Part shown: in pieces, positions 30,233 through 38,035 of the stretch
Layout: the number at the start of each line of letters is the position of its first letter
How positions within the stretch are numbered: position 1 is the first letter of the stretch
DNA from: Candidatus Krakonobacterium acarorum
Lineage (GTDB): Bacteria; Bacteroidota; Bacteroidia; SolTP2
Assembly: GCA_050311575.1 (NCBI GenBank)
Contig: JBNOKO010000001.1
Coordinates: forward strand, 520,408 to 584,407
Direction: 5' to 3'
DNA length: 64,000 nt
Made by a program: the position numbers and the translations under genes
The notes under the pieces: generated by a model
Databases searched by the model: none
Seen by the model: the letters and a program-made list of their open reading frames with translations, nothing else
What the model was told of the DNA's origin: nothing

Positions 30233-32134
30233 TTATCCCTGGCAAGCGATACAGTCGTCCCCTTGCCACATGTTTATGTCAATTTCTTTTGTTGGGTCTG
30301 TTGCTATGTCAGCTTTAAGTTCTCTGTTCATACGGCAGTAGTATACGGATACTAATTTGTCTGAAGTTAGGGCTTTAAGATGGACGCTATTAAAATATGC
30401 TCTGTCTATACCTGCATTAAAAAATAGATTTAGGCTTTGGGATTGACATACGTATTGTTGTCTTATGTTTGCCTGTTCTACAATCCAGTGTTGGTCTATT
30501 TCGAATGCAGTCTTGAATATTTTTTTTTCTTCATCAGTGAATGCGTCTATATGTTGTATGCTACCGTTGTTTTGTATTATTGATTGCCATAGTTCGTCCT
30601 TATTGTTAATTTTTTTTTCGTCCATAAGCTTTTCTAAATATTTGTTTTTTACTAGAAAAGTGCCTGCACGTGTACTGTGGCTATAGGCATTGCCACTTAG
30701 CGGTTCTATGCTTAGGGATGTTCCAAGTATTACCGCACTGTTTGAATTTGGTGCTATTGCTATTAGTCTGCTATTGCGTAAGCCGGATCCTTGCATATCT
30801 GCTGGTTCTCCGCGTTCTATAGCCAGTTGTTGACTACTTTCTATGGCTTGTTGTTTTATATTTGAAAATATCTTGTGAGTTAAATGCGCTGCTGAATTAA
30901 GACCGCCGCTTTCAAATGGGATCATATGTTTTTGTAAATAGTTTGTCCAGCCCATAGCTCCAATACCTATAGCGCGTTCTCTTATTGCAGAGTATTTAGC
31001 TTTTTTCAGTACTTCGTCGTTACCAAAGTCTATGAAAAATTGTAGTACATTGTCAAGAAATACGGTTAGATCTTTAACTATGTTTGTATCTTTCCATTCG
31101 TCATATGTTTCTAGGTTTAGCGAGCTAAGGCAGCATACAAGTGTCCTGTCTTCATCTGTTGGTAGAGTTATTTCGCAGCATATGTTTGATCCTCTGATCT
31201 TTAGCCCTAATTGTTTTTGTGTTTCGGGCATTTGCCGATTGGCTTCGTCAATTTTAAATAAGTAGGGCTCTCCAGTTAAAGCTCGTACTTCCAGTATTTC
31301 TTCCCATAATTCCCGAGCCTTTATAGTTTGTTTTATTTCTTTGGTATGTGGACATGTTAGGTTGAAGTCGGTATTATTTTTTACTGATTGTATGAATTCG
31401 TCGGTTATGTTAATTGCGTTATGGAATTGTTTTCTATTGTCTGATTTTCTTGCATGATCGCCACCCGATGGTACTCTGAAGCGAAGATGCTCGAAAATGT
31501 CAGGATGGTCAACGTCTATGTAATAGGCGCAGGCCCCTCTTCTTACTTGTGATTGTTTGTAGTAGCCTATTATTCCATCTATGGTTTTCATATATGGTAT
31601 GGGCCCCGGAGCTTTTTTGCTAGTTGTACGGATGCCATTGTGAAGTCCTACACCTCCGCCCATTATGCTTAGAGTGGCGAGTTCGTTACTTGCAGCTATT
31701 TGTCCAAGTATATTGTCTGGAATATGTATAGCATAGCAGCTAATGGGCATTGCCAGTGCTTTTTCTCCTTCCCATAATGATTTTCTGTGTCCTATATTTG
31801 TTTCGCTCCAGAATTCTTTGTTTTTATATTCTGTTCCTTGTTTCCACGAACCACTTGGCGCGTTGCTTAGTATGGGCGATGCGAACATAAACCAACCTTT
31901 ATAGGCATATTCATATATCCGTTGCGCCAGGGCAGTGTCTTGATAAGAAAATGCTACTGCGGCCCTTGCTAAAGCTTCGTTAAAGGATTCATTATTTTTT
32001 AAATAAAAATCGTCTAAAAGTTTCTTTGAGAATTCATTTATATAGTCAGGCGGGTTTATATTTATCTTTATACCATTTTTATTTGCAGATGATGTTTTAT
32101 TATTTAGAGTTGTGGTACATTTCAGGTTTTCCAT
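30233..32134 (-). CDS. nrdA: Class I ribonucleotide reductase alpha subunit, a short form with no N-terminal ATP-cone
   Basis: GSNICCEITLPT contains the catalytic Cys and Glu. The C-terminal redox pair is CIACQG. At 633 aa it is about 130 aa shorter than ATP-cone-bearing NrdA. Confidence 0.85.
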   Translation of the reverse strand: MENLKCTTTLNNKTSSANKNGIKININPPDYINEFSKKLLDDFYLKNNESFNEALARAAVAFSYQDTALAQRIYEYAYKGWFMFASPILSNAPSGSWKQGTEYKNKEFWSETNIGHRKSLWEGEKALAMPISCYAIHIPDNILGQIAASNELATLSIMGGGVGLHNGIRTTSKKAPGPIPYMKTIDGIIGYYKQSQVRRGACAYYIDVDHPDIFEHLRFRVPSGGDHARKSDNRKQFHNAINITDEFIQSVKNNTDFNLTCPHTKEIKQTIKARELWEEILEVRALTGEPYLFKIDEANRQMPETQKQLGLKIRGSNICCEITLPTDEDRTLVCCLSSLNLETYDEWKDTNIVKDLTVFLDNVLQFFIDFGNDEVLKKAKYSAIRERAIGIGAMGWTNYLQKHMIPFESGGLNSAAHLTHKIFSNIKQQAIESSQQLAIERGEPADMQGSGLRNSRLIAIAPNSNSAVILGTSLSIEPLSGNAYSHSTRAGTFLVKNKYLEKLMDEKKINNKDELWQSIIQNNGSIQHIDAFTDEEKKIFKTAFEIDQHWIVEQANIRQQYVCQSQSLNLFFNAGIDRAYFNSVHLKALTSDKLVSVYYCRMNRELKADIATDPTKEIDINMWQGDDCIACQG

Positions 32135-32813
32135 AAAATTATGTTTTAGAACTGTTTAATAGGTAGAAGTAGTATTTGTTATGGAGGTGTGAATCTAGGC
32201 CTATATTTATAAAGCTACAATAGTAAATTATTAACATGTCTATTTGCAAGCAATTATGGTCATTTTTATCCTGAAAAATTTGTTAATATACTATATTAAA
32301 TAAAATAATTGCTTTTATGGTAGTGTTAATAAATTATAAGTTACATAAAATTTATTATAAGTATTTTTATAGGTATATAAGTTTTGTGGACGATATGGTT
32401 GGTAGCTTAATAGAGACACACAGTAATATAGCTGTTTAGCTGGGCTAAAATCCATATTTTATGTTATAAATATAATGTTATATATTTTCGGTGAAGTAGA
32501 TATGTGTTAAAAATGGGGAATTTCTTATCTAGGTATAAAGTAATATTGAGTATATCTTCTTATCTATAATATTTTATAGAGTTGGCGGTAATAAATGATG
32601 ATCTTACTATAGATCGAATATCATTTACTATATGCAAGAGAAATATCCTTTAATATTTATGGGAAGGTAATATAGTGCAATAAATATATTGTGACTTATA
32701 ATATATTATTAGATCTAATATCTTTATTGAAATGCTATTGTATAGCAATCAACATAGCACATAATATTATATGTACTATATTAATTGCTCAATATGAAAA
32801 AATGTGTAATTAC

Positions 32814-32903
32814 CTATTTTTTCTTATGTCTGGTTTTCCTAAGACGTTTCTTCCTTTTATGCGTTGATATTTTATGACGTTTACGTTTTTTACCACTAGG
32901 CAT
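32814..32903 (-). CDS. Candidate 29-aa ultra-basic peptide (MPSGKKRKRHKISTHKRKKRLRKTRHKKK). It is speculative and below the ORF-track threshold.
   Basis: I translated the minus strand by hand. The ATG is at 32901-32903 and the TAG stop at 32814-32816. 21 of 29 residues are K, R or H, and the peptide uses four CGT Arg codons in otherwise AT-rich DNA. It is the only coding-like signal in a 1 kb ORF-free gap. Confidence 0.2.
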   Translation of the reverse strand: MPSGKKRKRHKISTHKRKKRLRKTRHKKK

Positions 32904-33134
32904 TACTAATTATCTATTTATTAATTATACAATATACAAGTAAATTTATAAGCAGCTAATTTAGCTGAAATATATCATTTTTCTAAATTTTTAATCTTAT
33001 TTATTCGGTTAATCCGTATTAATTATTTTCAACAATAGAATTTTTTCAAATTGAAAAATTCTATAAGACACAATTAGATAAGGTTAGCAACCAGAATAAT
33101 TTGAATTTATATAACTATTAGCTCATGTAAATTC

Positions 33135-33422
33135 TTAACTAATATGGATCTTCTTAATAGCTTCTTTTAGACTTTTAGAAGGTTGAAAAGTTACAACGAC
33201 ATGTTCTGGTAAAATGATAGCTTCGTTATTGTTTATATTGCGTGCAACTTTAGATAAGCGTTTTTTTAATTTAAAGCTTCCAAATTTTCTAAAGTTAATA
33301 TCTTTACCCTCAATAAAAGAGTTTTGCAGAACCTTAAAAAATGTTTCTAGAAAAAGCTGACTATCTTCGTAACTGAATCCCGTGATATTAGCAACTTTTT
33401 TTATAATATCTACCTTATTCAT
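33135..33422 (-). CDS. hup: HU/IHF-family DNA-binding protein
   Basis: 95 aa. MNKVDIIKKVANITG...GKDINFRKFGSFKLKKR contains the beta-arm region. Confidence 0.85.
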   Translation of the reverse strand: MNKVDIIKKVANITGFSYEDSQLFLETFFKVLQNSFIEGKDINFRKFGSFKLKKRLSKVARNINNNEAIILPEHVVVTFQPSKSLKEAIKKIHIS

Positions 33423-33715
33423 AAATAAATTTTAATCAATAACTATATCAAAGATATAGTATAAATAATTTGATAATATTTTAAAAGTGTATTAATATTT
33501 TCTTTTAGTTAATCGGGTTAAATATGAAATAATATCTTTTGATATGCAAAGACGTAAGGGTTGCTCAGAATTGCTTTTAGTAATTAATTGCTAAGGATTA
33601 TTAAAATTAATTATTATAAAAGTCGTTGCTTACGATTAATATTGGATATTTTGATTAGCAATAATTGAGAAATTTTAAATTTAAATCGTTTTTGTCTTTT
33701 TATATAAATTACAGT

Positions 33716-34810
33716 ATGGAACTAAAAAAAATAATAGAAATAATAGAAAATTCCGTGCCTGTACAGCTTGCTGAAAGTTATGATAACTGTGGTTTAGTAG
33801 TAGGGGACATAAACGGTAAAATATCAAAAGTTCTTATAGCTTTAGAATGTACAGAGGAAGTTATACAAGAAGCTATTTCCGAGCAGGCAGAGCTCATTAT
33901 AACACATCATCCGTTAATATTTACTCCAATAAAGTCTTTAGCAGAGACAAACAGTACAAATAGAATGCTTGTTAAATTAATAGAGCATAATATTGCCCAG
34001 TATTCTATACACACAAATTTGGACAATATGTTATCTGGTGTTAATAAAGTAAATGCAGACAAAATAGGTCTAGTAAAAAGAGATATACTATTACCTAAAA
34101 AAAATACAGTGCGTAAGCTAGTTACATTTGTCCCACCTGGTTGTCTGGATAATGTTAAGTCTGCTTTGTTTAGAGCTGGCGCTGGTAGATTTAATAATTA
34201 TGAACAGTGTTCATTTGTTTCAACAGGTACTGGAAGCTTCAGGCCTTTAGAAAGTGCAAAAACGTTTTTAGGTAAGCCAGGGGAACTATCTAGCCTAAAT
34301 GAAGATAAGCTTGAGGTTGTGTATCCTTACTATATAGAGCCTAAAATAATTAAAGCTTTGCTCGAAGCTCATCCATATGAAGAAGTTGCTTTTGATATTA
34401 TTAAGCTAAATAGTGAGAATCCTTCATTAGGTTCTGGTATTGTAGGTGAGTTAAGCCAAGAGATGGATACTAAAGAATTTATGGATTATTTAAAGCAAAA
34501 GTTTAAATGTAAATGTGTTAAGCACACACAATTAGTTAAAAACACAATCAAAAAAATTGCTTTTTGTGGCGGTTCAGGCAGTTTTCTAATAGATGAGGCA
34601 ATAAGGGCTAAGGCAGACGTATTTATTACTTCAGACATAAAATATCATGATTTTTTTAAAGCTGATAGCAAAATAATATTGATAGATATCGGACACTATG
34701 AAAGTGAGCAATATGTACCTGAATTAATAAATAATATTTTATCCGCAAAAATTCCTAAATTAGAGTTTTTTATAAGCAATAAAATCACGAATCCTGTTTT
34801 TTATTATTAA
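33716..34810 (+). CDS. Nif3-family dinuclear metal-centre protein (YqfO/YbgI-like). The track starts at 33665; the Met at 33716 is the more plausible start.
   Basis: MELKKIIEIIENSVPVQLAESYDNCGLVVG is a typical Nif3 N-terminus. ITHHPLIF and the C-terminal DIGHYESE provide the metal ligands. A PII-like insert lies in the middle. Confidence 0.75.
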   Translation: MELKKIIEIIENSVPVQLAESYDNCGLVVGDINGKISKVLIALECTEEVIQEAISEQAELIITHHPLIFTPIKSLAETNSTNRMLVKLIEHNIAQYSIHTNLDNMLSGVNKVNADKIGLVKRDILLPKKNTVRKLVTFVPPGCLDNVKSALFRAGAGRFNNYEQCSFVSTGTGSFRPLESAKTFLGKPGELSSLNEDKLEVVYPYYIEPKIIKALLEAHPYEEVAFDIIKLNSENPSLGSGIVGELSQEMDTKEFMDYLKQKFKCKCVKHTQLVKNTIKKIAFCGGSGSFLIDEAIRAKADVFITSDIKYHDFFKADSKIILIDIGHYESEQYVPELINNILSAKIPKLEFFISNKITNPVFYY

Positions 34811-34822
34811 AATTTTACTACA

Positions 34823-35572
34823 ATGACAAAAACGATAGTAGATACATTACGTTCCCTGTATACTTTACAGACGATTCATAGTAAGATTGACGAATTACAT
34901 TTTAAAAGAGGCGAGCTTCCAGAGGAAATATCCGATTTAGAGTGCGAGATTTCTGGAATACAAATCAATATTCAAAAAATTAAAGATGCTATTAAGGAAG
35001 CTACCGTAAATATAAGTCAATATAAAAACGACAATAAAATTGCCGAGGAGAAAATTACGCAGTATGAAGAGCAGAAGAACGATGTTAAAAATAACCGTGA
35101 GTACGAAGCTATAGAGAAAGAAATAGAAACTCAAGTTTTAAGCATACAGGTTAATGATAAGCGTATTAAAACTCTTGAGAAATTAATAGAAGATAAAACA
35201 AAATTACAAAAGGATAAGACAAAGGATTTAGAAGTTAGAAAGCAAGACTTAGAATTAAAGGTAAGCGATTTGTCTAAGATTATAGAAGAAACTAAAAGCG
35301 AAGAAAATGTATTAGAAAAAAAAACGGAAGCTATTAAAAAGCAAATAGAAGAGAGGCTTTTAATATCTTACGACAGGCTTAGAAATAACTATAAAAATAA
35401 ACTAGCAGTAGTTACCATAGATAGAAATGCATGCTCTGGCTGTCATAGTGAAATACCACCACAAAAGTTATCAGATATTAGGCAATTAAAGAATCTAATT
35501 GTTTGTGAGCAATGTGGTAGAATTATAGTTGATGACGGTCTAGCTGAAGAAATTAGAAGCACTGTTAATTAA
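34823..35572 (+). CDS. Coiled-coil protein with a C4 zinc ribbon (COG1579-like). This is the usual partner of Nif3.
   Basis: A long heptad coiled coil is followed by CSGCHSEIPPQK...CEQCGRI. Confidence 0.65.
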   Translation: MTKTIVDTLRSLYTLQTIHSKIDELHFKRGELPEEISDLECEISGIQINIQKIKDAIKEATVNISQYKNDNKIAEEKITQYEEQKNDVKNNREYEAIEKEIETQVLSIQVNDKRIKTLEKLIEDKTKLQKDKTKDLEVRKQDLELKVSDLSKIIEETKSEENVLEKKTEAIKKQIEERLLISYDRLRNNYKNKLAVVTIDRNACSGCHSEIPPQKLSDIRQLKNLIVCEQCGRIIVDDGLAEEIRSTVN

Positions 35573-35578
35573 AATATT

Positions 35579-35637
35579 CATGTAAAAAGATAACAATAGA
35601 GAAGTTATGTAACTTCTCTATTGTTATCTTTTTACAT
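35579..35637. terminator. Perfect 27-bp-arm palindrome between the convergent zinc-ribbon gene and the dhs-like gene. It is a likely bidirectional terminator.
   Basis: CATGTAAAAAGATAACAATAGAGAAGT-TATGTA-ACTTCTCTATTGTTATCTTTTTACATG. The right arm overlaps the last 2 codons and the stop of the dhs-like gene. Confidence 0.5.
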
Positions 35638-36612
35638 GCCAAGTAAATACGCAAATATTAAAGGGGCAACTATAGTTGCATCAGATTCTATTATAAATTT
35701 TGGTGTGTTTACATCTAATTTACCCCAAGTTATTTTTTCGTTGGGAACAGCACCAGAATATGAACCATAACTAGTTGTAGAATCAGAAATTTGGCAAAAA
35801 TAACTCCACATTGGGATATTATCGAGCTCTAAATCTTGATGTAGCATAGGAACTACACATATAGGAAAATCGCCAGCTATACCTCCACCGATTTGGAAAA
35901 ATCCTACTTCGTTATTTTTAGTGTTTTCTTGATACCAATTTGATAGATACACCATATAATCAGTACCATTTTTTACTATTGAACTATCTAATTCTTTTTT
36001 AATGCAATAGGAAGCAAATATATTACCTGTAGTTGAATCTTCCCATCCAGGCACTATAATGGGTATGTTTTTTTTTGCAGCAGCTAATAACCAGCTGTCT
36101 TTATCTTCTATCTGATAGTATTGCTTTAGCTCGCCAGATAATAATATTTTATATAAATATTCGTGTGGAAAAAATTTTTCCTTATTTTTTTGCGCCGTAT
36201 TCCATATATCAAACAAATGCTTTTGCAACCGCCTAAAAGCTTCTTCTTCTGGAATGCAAGTGTCTGTTACCCTGTTAAAATGTTCTTTAAGTAATTGCGC
36301 TTCTTCTTGTGGGCTTAAATCTCTATAGTTAGGTATTCTTTTGTAGTGTTTGTGAGCAACAAGATTCATTACATCTTCTTCTAGGTTAGCGCCGGTACAA
36401 CTTATAATATGAACCTTATCGTTCATAATCATTTTAGCTAATAGTTTTCCCATTTCAGCTGTACTCATAGCTCCAGCTAAAGTTATCATCATTTTGTTAC
36501 CTTTATCGAGCTGGTTTTGATATTCTTTGGCTGCATCAACTAAAGAAGCGGCATTGAAATGAAGAAAATATTTTTCAATAAAGTTAGTTATAGGCTTTGT
36601 TGTAATGTTCAT
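35632..36612 (-). CDS. Deoxyhypusine synthase-like protein (DHS family)
   Basis: Strong matches to eukaryotic and archaeal DHS: IPIIVPGWEDSTTGNI, QIGGGIAGDF (the NAD site), and GSYSGAVPNEKITWGKL, which contains the catalytic-Lys motif (WGK). Length is 326 aa. The gene lies 2 nt downstream of efp. Confidence 0.75.
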   Translation of the reverse strand: MNITTKPITNFIEKYFLHFNAASLVDAAKEYQNQLDKGNKMMITLAGAMSTAEMGKLLAKMIMNDKVHIISCTGANLEEDVMNLVAHKHYKRIPNYRDLSPQEEAQLLKEHFNRVTDTCIPEEEAFRRLQKHLFDIWNTAQKNKEKFFPHEYLYKILLSGELKQYYQIEDKDSWLLAAAKKNIPIIVPGWEDSTTGNIFASYCIKKELDSSIVKNGTDYMVYLSNWYQENTKNNEVGFFQIGGGIAGDFPICVVPMLHQDLELDNIPMWSYFCQISDSTTSYGSYSGAVPNEKITWGKLDVNTPKFIIESDATIVAPLIFAYLLGM

Positions 36613-36614
36613 TT

Positions 36615-37187
36615 TTAATTTTTGTTTGTTTTAGTCCTTTCTAAATATGCCCCGGTATTTGTATCGATTTTTATAGTGTCTCCTTCATTAATAAACAAAG
36701 GAACATTGATTTCCGTGCCGTTTTCTAGACGGGCCAGCTTTGTAGCGTTTGTTGCAGTATTTCCTTTTACAGCTGGCTCAGCGTAACTAATTTGTAACTC
36801 AACATGGTTCGGTAGTTCAACACTTACCGGTATGTCGTTCTCTAAAGATATATTTATTATCATATTATCATATAAAAACTTAGCACCAGCACCAATTAGG
36901 TTTTCATCTACATTGATTTGTTCATAGTTTTCTATATCCATTAACACTAATTCGTTTTGATTTTTATATAAAAATTGGAACTGTTTACTTTCTATACGTG
37001 CAATATCCACTTCTTCATCAGGCCTAAAGCGATGTTCTTGAAGTTTCCCGCTTTTTATACTTCGCATAGTTGCTTGGTAAAAAGCTCTTAGGTTACCTGG
37101 TGTCCTATGTGTATAAGATTCAACTTTTACTAATTCTCCTTTGAAATGAATAAAATTGCCAGTTTTGATTTCCGATGCTTTTGCCAT
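36615..37187 (-). CDS. efp: Translation elongation factor P
   Basis: 190 aa with a three-domain EF-P architecture. The KOW-like N-terminus contains the loop HRTPGNLRAF where PGKGQAF is expected. The C-terminus is VPLFINEGDTIKIDTNTGAYLER. Confidence 0.9.
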   Translation of the reverse strand: MAKASEIKTGNFIHFKGELVKVESYTHRTPGNLRAFYQATMRSIKSGKLQEHRFRPDEEVDIARIESKQFQFLYKNQNELVLMDIENYEQINVDENLIGAGAKFLYDNMIINISLENDIPVSVELPNHVELQISYAEPAVKGNTATNATKLARLENGTEINVPLFINEGDTIKIDTNTGAYLERTKTNKN

Positions 37188-37194
37188 TATGTTA

Positions 37195-37971
37195 TTAATC
37201 TATATTTGTAATGGTAAATTTATTATTATTTTTTGATATTCTGCCAATAGGTACTTTCTCTGAATGGTAAAATAGACATATGCCATTAATGTTAGCTAAA
37301 TAATTAGCATAATGTACTCTTTGTTCTAAACTTTTGTCCCCATCAAAGTCGTATTTAGCAACCAATTTTATATTTAGTTGGTTGTCTAGTGGTATAACGT
37401 CGCCTCCTGCAATAATTGTTTCTAAAAAATCTTGGATTATAAAAATTTGATGGAATTCGGTATGGCCACCTGTAATTTTATATTCTATATTATCATTTAT
37501 TTGACCGTCATTATTTAAAAATACAGTATTAGGATGATCCCTAAGTGCTATTAATAGCTCTTTATGTTCTTGTTTTGTTATAGAGTCAAGCATTTTATTT
37601 AACTCTTTTGCTTGTAAATAGTATTTGGCGTTTTTAAAGTTCGCTTCCATTTTATTATTACTATTTCGCGAGAAAGTACCGCCTATATGATCGTAATGTA
37701 AATGTGTTAGTAAGACTTTAGTAATATCATTAGGGCTAAATCCATTGTTTTGTATATTTTCGTAAATTTTAAGGTTGCCTTGTTCATTTTTAAAACCCAA
37801 ACCCGTATCTATTAATAATAAATCATTATTGGTTTGTATTAAAAATGGGTTTATGGCTACTTTGATGCCTCTTATGCCTTTACCAGGTTCGTTAGTGGGC
37901 GTAAATTTTTTGTTTGAATCTATAATATAAGATCCTTCATAAAGGGGTTTAATAGTCATCGGTAAATACAC
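37195..37971 (-). CDS. MBL-fold metallo-hydrolase
   Basis: THLHYDHIGG is the HxHxDH motif. Length is 258 aa. The gene lies 7 nt upstream of efp on the same strand. Confidence 0.7.
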   Translation of the reverse strand: MYLPMTIKPLYEGSYIIDSNKKFTPTNEPGKGIRGIKVAINPFLIQTNNDLLLIDTGLGFKNEQGNLKIYENIQNNGFSPNDITKVLLTHLHYDHIGGTFSRNSNNKMEANFKNAKYYLQAKELNKMLDSITKQEHKELLIALRDHPNTVFLNNDGQINDNIEYKITGGHTEFHQIFIIQDFLETIIAGGDVIPLDNQLNIKLVAKYDFDGDKSLEQRVHYANYLANINGICLFYHSEKVPIGRISKNNNKFTITNID

Positions 37972-38035
37972 TAAATTAGAGTTTTGAGAAGCTGTAAAAC
38001 GAGCCCTAAATTAATTATTTAATTTCTTAAATAAA

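Noticed and set aside
816-31265. Numerous 60-150-aa ORFs in the six-frame track embedded in or antisense to large genes, for example 816-1079(-), 1125-1379(-), 2198-2389(+), 4829-5011(+), 5435-5800(+), 7095-7319(-), 8040-9168(-), 9735-9923(-), 10644-11162(-), 14849-15097(+), 16074-16599, 16651-17292(-), 18310-20178(+), 21330-21917(+), 22579-22782(+), 23902-24726(+), 25000-25260(+), 27670-28812(+), 29477-30175(+), 30465-31265(+)
   Set aside because: Each lies entirely within a longer ORF that carries clear conserved-domain signatures on the other strand or frame. Their translations are low-complexity (F/L/I/S-rich), which is typical of antisense frames in AT-rich coding DNA. None has recognisable motifs.
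32419-32434. An NrdR box upstream of nrdA
   Set aside because: ACAGTAATATAGCTGT is palindromic at only 12 of 16 positions. It lies about 285 bp from the nrdA start codon, and NrdR boxes normally occur as a tandem pair close to the promoter, which I do not see.
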